Part shown: piece by piece, positions 12,770-24,700 of the stretch | Position numbering within the stretch: the first letter of the stretch is position 1 | How the letters are laid out: each line of letters begins with the position of its first letter | NCBI GenBank assembly: GCA_002269645.1 | Contig: NIVC01003786.1 | Coordinates: 12,820 to 76,819, forward strand | DNA: 64,000 nt | Direction of reading: 5' to 3' | Origin: Macrostomum lignano | Taxonomy: Eukaryota | The notes under the pieces: model-generated | Told to the model about the DNA's origin: nothing | Database searches by the model: none | Seen by the model: the letters and a program-made list of their open reading frames with translations, nothing else | Program-made: the position numbers and the translations under genes

Positions 12770-15700
12770 ATGGCTGAGGATCTAGAAGCCAGCAGACGAG
12801 GCGGCGTCGGCAAGGATGCATGCCCCGGGTTCGAGCCCCAGCCAGTCAGGCGGAGCTTGTGCCGCAGCTGCCATCGGACGAAATCGCAGCACGGCGCGAC
12901 CGGCACTACTTCGGCAGCTGCTGCGGCAGTCGCGGCAAGTGGCGGGTCGACATCGTCGCCGAGATCGTCGCGAACGTCGTCGTCTAGCGGAATGTCGCGT
13001 CGCGCTGCTGCGGCGTCTGCGGCGACGCCAGAATCGAAACGAAAGGAAAGAGAAGAGGAAGGAGGCGCCAGGGGCTTCGGCAGGGATTGTGAGCGATGCG
13101 AACTGGATTATAGCCTCTTTGACCCCCACATTCAACTGATCTTCTTGACCCCGATTCTAGAGGGTCTGCTGACCTTGACTCATTTTTATGAAATTACCTG
13201 ACAGCACGATACGGTTATAAACGCGTTAGTCAAGTGAATCCAAACCCTACCCTTGCCCTAACCCTAGCTCTCTACAAACGAATGTTATATACACATGTAG
13301 CTGACTTTGCCAACCCCCCTCCCCCCCCCCCCAACGAACTATCGCAGCTATCAGTCGGTCTCGTTCAGCCAGCAAGGAGAGCCTTCGCTCCTGCGGCTCC
13401 GGCCGCTCAGCTGGTGGAGGTCGAAGCGCTGCCGGTAACCTTGACGACAAATACGTCGAGGAGCTGGAGAGCGACTTGTTCGAGCTGGAGGACAAGTACG
13501 CGGTGCTGTGCAGAGACAAACAGCTTCTGGACGCTCAATTGGAGGAGAGGCTGGGCGATATTGAGGATCTGGAGAGGGAGTTGGATAGTTGTAAGACCAG
13601 GTGAGTCTAGACTCAAAGACATCGGTTTTAAAGTAACAACTGTTGAAGCCTGTGATGTAGCTTGTGATGTCTCACGCACAATCCTGTCGATTTCAGGGGC
13701 TCAACACTTGAGAAGCGAATTCCCCAGCTCGAGCAGGAGGTCCGCTGCTACAGAGAGCGTCTTCGACTTCCCGAATCCGAGCAGCGACCGGCGGCTGCCG
13801 ACTTCGATGACTTCGAAGGTCGAGCTCGCGAGCTCGAGGATCTGTGCCGCGAGCTGACCGAAGAGAATGACCAACTCAAAGAGGAAGTTGAAGAGCTTCA
13901 ACGCGAGCTCGAGGAGATGCACGACTCGTTCCAGGACAAGGAGGAGGGCCGGACGGGCACAGTTCGGGAGCTGCAGCGAGAGCTGGACGCGGCCAACAAG
14001 AGCTACCGGGTGGTGCAGTTCAAGCTGCGCAAGGCCGAACGACGCTTTGAGCAGTGCGAGGCTGAGCGAGCGGAGTTGGAGGAGAAATTCCGCCGCCTCG
14101 GCGAGAGAATTCTGTCAGGCGACGACAGCCTGCAGGTGAGCTTGACGGGATTGAGTTGCCTGCTAAAGAGGGTTGAGGGTGGGGTAGTGGTTCTTGAGAC
14201 CCTAAACCGAGGGATTAGACTTTCAAGTGGGGCAGTATTTTCCTGCAGTTTTCCATAGGCGTAGGAACGGGGGGGCCAAGTGGGACCATGCCCCCCCACT
14301 TTTTAAAATGGGGGGCCAGTAATGGTATCTGGTCCCTCCACATTTTAAATGTTGCTTATTTTTGGTTTTTGCTGCTTTGCATGAATGCATTTTGCTGCAG
14401 GGCGACAAAACATACCGCCTGCAGCGCCAAAATGAGTGCCTGCAGCGCCAAAATGAGTGCCTGCGGCGCTTTATAAGATGAGTGCTGACAAGACGGATTC
14501 TGAAAATAATCGGTACATGATAATGTGCATTTTCCATATAAAAAATCTGACTCGACGGGGGCGTGCGCCCTGTGCGCCCCCACCCCCCCCCCCTAAATCC
14601 GTCACTGAACCTGGCCCCCACTTTTTGAAACGTTCCTACGCCTATGCAGTTTTCTCGGGGTCAAATATTCTATTTCAGCAGGGTGAGTTCTGATAACAGT
14701 TTGAATAGGGAATTTGCTGTCTCAGCCGCTCAAAAACGAATTATAAGATGGGGAAAGTCTCAAGAGTGGAAACCGCCCGGAAAAATGAGAATCCAAATGG
14801 AAATTACCTCCATTCTCGTCCCCAGTCCAGAAAACTTTGATAGGGATCATTTCAAAGAAAGTTGATTGATCTTTTCCGATGGCTGTCTGCTTGGGTTATG
14901 CGCTCCCAAGTGAACGGAGTGAAGTGCGGTATGTGGTGTCCCCCCTCGAGGCTGAGAGCTTTTCCCCCTGATTTGGTCCTCTTATCAATCGGATCTGTAC
15001 TCGCGTGCAATTGTACTTTAGCTTTCTGATAGGGTTCCCTTTCACAAGCTCGAAACTTCACAACGTCGAATTGCTTGATGTCCGGCCCCGGGGGGTCCTT
15101 TGAGACTTCACAATAGCAAACTTAAGGTTTCTGTCTCTTCTCAGTTCTCTTCTTCTCTCGAATCTACTCTCTCTTTGTATCTTCTCTCTGATCTCATCTC
15201 TGATCTCTTCTTTCCTCTTCTCTCTCCCTCTCTCCTCGATTTGCTCTCCTTTCCTCTCTCATCTCGCCCGCATTCATGAGCTGGAGTCTTGATTATCAGA
15301 TGCTTGAGGCAAATTGAGGCTTCGCAGTAAGAGACCGCCGTAGCCTAGTCGCAATAGCTGCGGCTGAGCTGTCGGTTGCACATCTGGCCATAGGGGCAGG
15401 TGTAATAAGTTATTATTATTAATATTCCTATTAGTATTGTTATTGTTATTATTAACATTGTTAATATTAATATTATTATTATTATTAGTATTATTATTAC
15501 AAACACGCTTTTCGACGATGGGAAACTTAAATTGCATGAAACGACCCCTTCTGATGTACCAGTTCGGTCACGTGGGACCTCTTTGCCTTTTAAATTCATG
15601 AGATCTCAAAGAGTCGAGAGGTTGCCCCTGTTTTGTATAAAAAGTGTTTATTAACATTCGTATGAACTCAACTTCTCGACCTTCCCAGATCCAAGAGCTG

Positions 15701-18700
15701 GAAGACGAGCTGCGAACGGCCAAGGAAGTCTCAGTCCGTCTGCACGATGAGCTCGAGTACATCGAGCAGAAGAGAAACCGCCTCGAGGCCGACAATCAGC
15801 GACTGAAAATCCAGCTCGAGTCCTCGGAGAGGGAGAAAATTCGACTAGAGAACGACATGGACCGAGTCCGTTTGGAGGTGAGCGATATGCGCTGACTCCC
15901 TGCAATGCTGTCCTTGGGTCAGGAGTCACTGAGCTGACCCATAGGGATAATGAATTTTGAAGCAGAGAATACTCAACAGAAAACTTTATAATTTGACATT
16001 TCACAGTTGGACAAGGTGAAAACTGATGCCGGAATTTCGGACGCAGGGCCACTTCAGGTGGTTGACAAGTCCAGTCCAAGGGTGAGTGAGGATACTTCTA
16101 TAATAATTGGTGATTGAAGCTTTCACAATGCACTGATTGCAATACAAATTACTCGAGCTTCCACTGTCTCCATTCGTCTCCCACCCTACTCTACTTCCTC
16201 TATTCTTCTACAACAACTGAATCCTTGATTTCTGTCCCGTCGCAGCCTCGCCTCGGGCAGGCGGCTTCGCGCGAGTCCTCCGTAGAGGAGGACCACCTCA
16301 AGCGCGAGCTCTCCGTGGCGCGCGAGCGCGAAGCCGACCTGGTCGAGCAGCTGCGCTTCTCCAAAGAGGAAGTCAAAATTATGCGACGCAAACTGCAAGA
16401 GGCCGAGGAGGAAAACGAAGCGCTCACGGCGAAGATCAACCGACTCGCCGATGGTGCCGGGGGTGGCGGAGGCGGCGTCGGCGGCGGAGGAGGCGGCGGC
16501 GGAGACGACGACAGCGCAGTCGACCTGGACGATTCGGAGGAGCCATCGACGGAGACTGTGACTCTTCGACGTCAGGTGCTTGAGTTGGACATGGTCAACC
16601 AGCGACTGCGAGGCAGCGTGGCGGCGCTGGAGTCTCGCCTGGAGTCGAGAGGCCTTGCACCGCACCTGAGCCCCAGCGACAAGCAGCTACTGTTCAAGTA
16701 CAGTGAGTACATCGCTTTGCTAATCGATATTTATTTCAAACTGTGTGCTGACACCAAAATAAATTGTGTCTTGGATTAGATTTCGCTTTAATACCCCCAG
16801 CGACAGATGTTTTAACTCTAACAGCCGTTTCAGCACCCTATGTTAAGATGGGTCTCGTCGACATAGAACTTCATTTTGAGGCCGGCATTTGCTCTTTCAC
16901 GACTTTTGTGTTTATCTTCGTGCACTCGTAAGCCAGCAGCTCTGTAAGAAGTCTGTGCTCGTACTGAACTCATGCCCGCAGGCACTCAGGAAGCGGAATC
17001 TCTGCTCGGCCAATTGGACTCAGAGATGGAGGAGATGAAGCGGAAAATCACCACAGCCGCTCAGCTCAGCCCCGAGGACCTGGCGCTGCACGAGAAATGG
17101 CTCGAGGCCAACGAAGCCAGACGCCGATTGGACGCCAAAGTTGACGAGCTTCGAGTGCGCGTCTCGCAGCTGGAGTCGATGAATGCGGATCTTCGACTGG
17201 AAGCCGAGAGGCTGGAGGCCGGGCAGCGGCAGACGCAGCAGCAGCAGCAGCCGACGGCTTCGGGCACATCGTCGGAGCGAAGGAAGACCAGCATCGACCA
17301 GCTGGGAGCCGCCACCAAGGCCGACCTCATCCGAGAGGTTGGCGACCTTGAAGACGAGATCGGTGAGAAACCTTTTACAATGGCCGGGTGGGGGGGGGAG
17401 GATGAAGCATTCCTAAAGCAACACCTGGGGTGACGTCATCTTCAATCAAGGTTCTGATTTTCGCGCCGGCTGGCATTTAGTCAGTAAGTAGCCAGTTATA
17501 CGAGAGTCACGAATGTTCTGCATCATCAAACGCATTTTTACCTTTTGCGGTAGCTGCTCTGGGAATCGAGGCCGTGTCCTCCCGGACAAGAGAGCGGCGC
17601 CACGATGCCGCTCTGTCTAAATATCCCACAACCAAACCACGCTAAAACTGATTGTAATAATAATTACTGCATAGTAGATAAACCACGCCGCTTCATCCAG
17701 AGGACCTCCAGCTGGCGATACGGAAGGGCACCATCCAATCGGAGAGCCTGGAGTACAGACTCAAAACAATGGAGGAAGATTTGAGCGAGAGTCGGCGAAA
17801 TTTCGAAGAGGACGAGCATTTCTTTGTGGAACAGCTGGAGAAACTACAAAAACAGAACGAATTGCTTGGCGATTTGCTGGCGTTGGTTACAATGAGGAAG
17901 CGGTTTCTGTACGAGTATGAGAGGTGAGTAGTCTGCTGCCCTTTCTGCTAGTAGTCTGTAAGTTGCTGTAATTTGCTGTAAGTTATAGAAGCATGCCAGA
18001 TTCGCTGCAAGGCATATACAGGTGTAGCAGCAAATTCGGTAAAGCTGCTTCAGGTGCTGTGTACAGCTTGTACAGGATCACAACTTTCAGCCTGTTTTTC
18101 TACCGAAGCAACCCTATCAGGGCAGGGTGAATTGAAGCTTATAATTCCACTGGCTACTTCCAGCTCATTGAAATCCCCAACATGCTTGCAGAGCTACTTT
18201 ACCTGTATTGACCCTGTTTTTCTGTTTGCAGCTCCGCCGATTCTGCCGACTCATCCGGACCAGGCGCTGGCGCTTCCGCGGACAACGACGAAGTTTTCAC
18301 AGATGGGCAGCCGCCGGAACAGGACGTCAAGTACTGGGACGTGAGTGCCGCGCCCGCGTTCTCGCTGTTTGAGTAGCGCCTGCTTAGTGCCTCTTCTCGT
18401 TGACTGCTTGTTAATTACACTGATCAATGTACGCGCTGTCGTGTCGTGTCACCCACCCCGGGCCCAAGAATTTAAGTGGCGATTGAGTCACGTGACCAGA
18501 CCACCACTGTACTTAGCGCCTGGTGCCCAATCCTAGAATGGTTCATTTGCTCTTATCTGCGTAGGATAATCTCTGCCCTTCGTGCCGCCCACCCCACGCC
18601 CAGTCCCAAGAATTTAAGTGGCGATTGAGTCACGTGACCAGACCGCCACTTAGCGCCTGGTGCCCAATCCTAGGATTTATTGCTTAGTTTATGCTTGGCT

Positions 18701-21700
18701 CATGTAACTCTTATCTTAGTCACGTCACCAGATCGCTGCTGCTCTAAGCGTCTAGTGCCCTGTTGTAATTGGTTGGCTCAATTACTCTTTATCCACTGTA
18801 TGTATGGTTAGGTTCTAGTGTCAGACGCCCGTGAATTGGGAAGTCCCATTACATGACTAGGACTGTACATGGCAGCTTGTGTTTAAAAAGTACATGTTGT
18901 ACATTTCAGTGTTACCAACAATCAGTTTTATTGCCCCCATATGCAGAAAAAGTTTCTCGAGCGTCTGCACAGCCTTGAAATTCTGCTTCGTGAGGAAAGA
19001 CAGCGAACGAAGCACTACCAGAAGCGGCTGGACTCGATGCGAGAGGATCAGCGACGGGAAGTGATGGACAGTGAGAAGTACAAAATAATGGTAAGGCTGT
19101 CAGACGGTTTGTGTTGTGGCGTGGGAAAAATTAAAGTGTCATAATAAATCGGGAAAACATCTGCCAACTTCAGAAAATACTCAGTGAAAATACACAACAG
19201 ACGAAACTTTCCACACAAAATCCCAACCCTAAAGCAACTCCAACCCCCAAACACTCCAACCCCAAAACACTCCAACCCCAAAACACTCCAACCCCAAAAC
19301 ACTCCAACCCCCAAACACCCCAACCCCAAAACACTCCAACCCCAAAACACCCCAACCCCAAAACACCCCGACCCCAAAACACCCCAACCCCAAAACACCC
19401 CAACCCCAAAACACTCCAACCCCAAAACACCCCAACCCCAAAATACTCCAACCCCAAAATACTCCAACCCCAAAACACCCCAACCCCAAAACACCCCGAC
19501 CCCCGCAGATCGAAGACAAGGAAACCCAGCTAAAGGACTACCAGAACCGGTTGGAGCAGGGTAAGAAGAAGTACGACTCGCTCAAGCAGCTGGCTGAGAC
19601 CCAGCAACAGCGCGGAAACGAGGAGTCAGTCCGAGCTCAGCTGGCCAAGCTCAAAACTCAAAACGACCAGCTGGCTGCCAAGCTGGCCAGGATGGAGAAG
19701 GAGAAAGCTGCGGCTGATTGCAGTCTCCAGGTGCTCAACGAGGAGCTCAAACTCAGAGAGGAGCACATCAGCGAGCAGGACGAGAGCATGCAGACATTGC
19801 AGCGCAAACTAGTCGACGCTGATAGGGAGTTTGAGCGACTCAAAGGGGAGCTGCATCTGCTCAAAACCCAGTTCACTAGTGAGTACCAGATAACCTCTGT
19901 TGTAAACTGAATAGTCTTGTGTTTGCACTTGCGAATTTCCGGGCCGAGTACTTGCTCCCCAATCTCCCATCGACCCTCTCTACCCTCTCTACCCTCTCTG
20001 CCCTATTTACCTACCCTCTTTACCTCTCTACCTTCTCTACCCTCTCTACCCTCTCTACCCTCTCTGCCCTATTTACCTACCCTCTTTACCTCTCTACCCT
20101 CTCTATCCTCTATACCCTCTCTACCCTCTTTGCCCTCTTTACCGCTTTACCCCTTCTACCCTCTCTACCCTCTGTCTTCAGTGCTCTCCTCTCCCTATCT
20201 ATCCCTTTCATGTTTGCCGCCACCCTCCAATCCGCCCTGATCTGCTCTATGCTCACTCAATAGATAACACCCCAATTGGAATTATTCCGCAATCAGGTTT
20301 CAAGTGCCAACACTTCAGGTGAGCAAAATTTACCGGAAAGTATCGAATCGGTGTAATTATAGTTTTATTCATTAGTTCATTCAGTCGTACTTTTATGAAA
20401 CTTGGCAAACTGCTTCCTGCATTAACCCCAACTGCCTCATCTGCCTCTGTTGTCGCAAGACATCAACCAGCTGTCGTGCCGGTTTGTCAGGAGCAAAATC
20501 TGCGTAGTACAGAGCCGAGCGAACAGATGTTGCAGACTCTGCTGCCGCTAAGTGCAGCTCTGGCCAGTTTGCGCAAAAGTGCAAATTAAAATTGAATGTT
20601 TGAAAGATAGTTGGTGCAACAGTTGGTTCTCGAGACTGAATTTTGCACTATCAGTATTGCTGTCGTCTACTGTTATAGATCCGTGTTGTTCAATGGATTA
20701 AATATGCTTTGATATCCCACCACACCTCTTTCTCTCCATCCTCCCACTTCTCTCCTCATCCCCCATCTCTCTCCCATCCCTCACCTCTCTCCCCATCCCC
20801 ACCTCTCTCCCCACCCCACCTCTCTCCCCACCCCCACCTCTCTTCCTATCCGCCACATCTCTCCCCATCCCCCACCTCTCTCCCCACCCCCACCTCTCTC
20901 CCCATCCCCACCTCTCTCCCCACCCCCATCTCTCTCCCCACCCCCACCTCTCTCCCCACCCCCACCTCTCTCCCCACCCCCACCTCTCTCCCCATCCCCC
21001 ATCTCTCTCCCCATCCCCCACCTCTCTCCCCACCCCCATCTCTCTCCCCATCCCCCACCTCTCTCCCCACCCCACCTCTCTCCCCATCCCCCACCTCTCT
21101 CCCCACCCCCACCTCTCTCCCCACCCCCACCTCTCTCCCACCCCCACCTCTCTCCCCATCCCCACCTCTCTCCCCACCCCCACCTCTCTTCCTATCCGCC
21201 ACATCTCTCCCCATCCCCCACCTCTCTCCCCACCCCACCTCTCTCCCACCCCCATCTCTCCCCACCCCCACCTCTCTCCCCACCCCCATCTCTCTCCCCA
21301 CCCCACCTCTCTCCCCACCCCCACCTCTCTCCCCACCCCCACCTCTCTCCCCATCCCCATCTCTCTCCCCATCCCCACCTCTCTCCCCACCCCCCCCTCT
21401 CTTCCTATCCGCCACATCTCTCCCATCCCCACCTCTCTCCCCATCCCCCACCTCTCTCCCCTCTCTCCCCACCCCCACCTCTCTCCCCACCCCCATCTCT
21501 CTCCCCACCCCCACCTCTCTCCCCACCCCCACCTCTCTCCCCACCCCACCTCTCTCCCCACCCCCACCTCTCTCCCCATACTCAACTCTCTCCCCATCCC
21601 CCACCTCTCCCCAGCCCCCACACATCTGTCTCCTCCCGCGCACCTCCCAGGCGTCCGAGAGAAGTCCAACGAAGGCGCCCGCCTACGCGAAGAGCTTCGT

Positions 21701-24700
21701 CGTCGAGCCGCTGAAGCGGCCGAGCGGGACCGTCAGCTGGACGAGCTGCGGCAGCAGCTGGCGGCGGTGTCGGCCGACCTGGAGGCCACCAGGGAGCGGC
21801 AGCGGCTCGAGCAGGAGGCGGCGGCCGGCCGGGACGACCGGATCCGGGAGAAGGATGAGCTAATCAGCCTGATTAGCGGCCGCCTGGCCGGGCGGGAGCG
21901 CGAACTCGGCCGACTGGACGGCGATCTGGGCGAGGCGAGCCGGCGACTGTCCGAGGCGGAGGCTGAAGCTCAGGTGGCCAGGCAGCAGGCGGCGGACTGG
22001 GAGGCGTCGACAGGCGGCCCGGCGAGGCGGCGGCTGGCGGAGCTGACGGCGGAGCGCGCGGCAGCTGCCGAGGAGGCCGAGAAGCTGCGGAGCGCCGCGG
22101 CGGCTGCTGCCGGGAAGCCCGCAGAGGCCGCGGCGGGAGTCGAGGATGAGGCGCGGAGGCTGCGAGCCGAGCGGGATCGGGACAGAGCGGAGACGGCGCT
22201 GCTGAGGCGGGATCTGGAGAGCATCAGAGCGCCCGGAGGAGCTGCCAGGGTGGGGCGCTTGGGATTCTGGGTTGCTTTTCTGGGATTTTTGCTTTCGCGC
22301 GTTTTCGTGTCTTCGTGTGCATGGGATCTGGGAAACACAAGGGGATCTGGGAAACACAAGGGGATCTGGGAAACACAAGGGGATCTGGGAAACACAAGGG
22401 GATCTGGGAAACACAAGGGGATCTGGGAAACACAAGGGGATCTGGGAAACACAAGGGGATCTGGGAAACACAAGGGGATCTGGGAAACACAAGGGGATTT
22501 TTAAAATATTCTGTTTGTCCGTCTCTGTCCCTGTGCTCATGTCTCCATATTCTTCTGTCTCTAAGCGAGAGATGAGATGAGAGATGAGAGAAAAAGACAC
22601 AAACTTTGAGCGGGTTCGCCGGAGTCTGCCGGTAAAAGGACTCAAACTTATTGTTCCAATCTCTCAATGTCTCAAGGAAAATATTCCCGCAACTTGCAGG
22701 AAACCGGGCAGGGGGACATTGCGAGCCATTGGTCATCGACCGGGGACCTGCCAACAGCAACTCGAGTCCGCCTGCGGCACCTGCAGCTGGTGGAGCGGAT
22801 CTACCTGCAGCAGACTCACGAGCAGGTGACTTTGCAGCTTCAGCTCGAAGCCTACCAGCGCGAGGTCGACGAGTTCCGTCGGTTGTACACCGAGGCGGCC
22901 GACAGATGTCGGCGAGAGCGCGACGCCTGGGAAAAGCAGCGGGAGGCTCTGGAGGCTCAGCTGAGGGCGGTGAGGATGGGCCGGTTTTTTCTGGCTCCGC
23001 TACTCTGAGTAGGATGATGAGCGAATTGGCGGAATTCCAGGACTACTTCTAGTAGAATAGCAAAAGGCGTGACACCATGGCATTGGTAGCTGGTAGCTGG
23101 TAGCTGGTAGCTGGTAGCTGGTAGCTGGTAGGTGGTAGGTGGTAGGTGGTAGATGGTAGGTGTTAGCTGGTAGCTGGTATGTGGTAGCTGGTAGCTGTTA
23201 GCTGGTAGGTGGTAGGTGGTAGGTGTTAGCTGGTAGCTGGTATGTGGTAGCTGGTATGTGGTAGCTGGTAGCTAGTAGATGGTAGCTGGTAGCTGGTAGC
23301 TGGCAACCGGTAGCTGGTAGGTGGTAGGTAGTAGCTGGTAGCTGGTAGCTGGTAGCTGGCAACCGGTAGCTGGTAGCTGGTAGCTGGTAGGTGGTAGGTG
23401 GTAGGTGGTAGGTGGTAGCTGGTAGCTGGTAGCTGGTAGTTGGTAGCTGGTAGCTGGTAGCTGGCAACCGGTAGCTGGTAGGTGGTAGCTGGTAGCTGGT
23501 AGCTGGTAGCTGGTGGGTGGTAGATGGTAGCTGGTAGCTGGTAGCTGGTAGCTAGTAGGTGGTAGCTGGTAGCTGGTAGATGGTAGCTGGTAGCTGGTAG
23601 CTGGTAGATGGTAGCTGGTAGATGTTAGCTGGTAGCTGGTAGGTGGTAGATGGTAGCTGGTAGCTGGTAGTTGGTAGCTGGTAGCTGGTAGCTGGCAACC
23701 GGTAGCTGGTAGGTGGTAGCTGGTAGCTGGTAGCTGGTAGCTGGTGGGTGGTAGATGGTAGCTGGTAGCTGGTAGCTGGTAGCTAGTAGGTGGTAGCTGG
23801 TAGCTGGTAGATGGTAGCTGGTAGCTGGTAGCTGGTAGATGGTAGCTGGTAGATGTTAGCTGGTAGGTGGTAGATGGTAGCTGGTAGCTGGTAGCTGGTA
23901 GCTGGTAGCTGGTAGACGTTAGCTGGTAGCTGGTGGGTGGTAGATGGTAGCTGGTAGCTGGTAGCTGGTGGGTGGTAGATGGTAGCTGGTAGCTGGTAGC
24001 TGGTAGCTAGTAGGTGGTAGCTGGTAGCTGGTAGATGGTAGCTGGTAGCTGGTAGGTGGTAGGTGGTAGGTGGTAGGTGGTAGGTGGTAGCTGGTAGCTG
24101 GTAGCTGGTAGTTGGTAGCTGGTAGCTGGTAGCTGGCAACCGGTAGCTGGTAGGTGGTAGCTGGTAGCTGGTAGCTGGTAGCTGGTGGGTGGTAGATGGT
24201 AGCTGGTAGCTGGTAGCTGGTAGCTAGTAGGTGGTAGCTGGTAGCTGGTAGATGGTAGCTGGTAGCTGGTAGCTGGTAGATGGTAGCTGGTAGATGTTAG
24301 CTGGTAGCTGGTAGCTGGTAGATGGTAGCTGGTAGCTGGTAGCTGGTAGCTGGTAGCTGGTAGCTGGTAGACGTTAGCTGGTAGCTGGTGGGTGGTAGAT
24401 GGTAGCTGGTAGCTGGTAGCTGGTGGGTGGTAGATGGTAGCTGGTAGCTGGTAGCTGGTAGCTAGTAGGTGGTAGCTGGTAGCTGGTAGATGGTAGCTGG
24501 TAGCTGGTAGCTGGTAGATGGTAGCTTGTAGCTGGTAGCTGGTATGTGGTAGCTGGTAGCTAGTAGCTGGTAGCTGGTTGCTGGTAGCTGGCAACCGGTA
24601 GCTGGTAGGTGGTAGGTGGTAGCTGGTAGCTGGTAGCTGGTAGCTGGCAACCGGTAGCTGGTAGCTGGTAGCTGGTAGCTGGTAGGTGGTAGGTGGTAGG

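Noticed and set aside
14852-15075. Minus-strand peptide faintly like a Penelope GIY-YIG C-terminus
   Set aside because: The similarity is impressionistic and lacks the GIY/YIG motifs; it needs an HMM search.
15280-15400. Functional SL RNA gene, hammerhead/HDV/twister ribozyme or SECIS
   Set aside because: No SL 3' ATG|GT or convincing Sm site, no CUGAUGA/GAAA core, and no HDV double pseudoknot or SECIS quartet geometry could be built by eye.
20698-21863. Gly/Glu/Arg- and Pro/Ser-rich ORFs of 265-384 aa
   Set aside because: They arise from the C-rich intronic minisatellite; only 21651 onward is a real exon.
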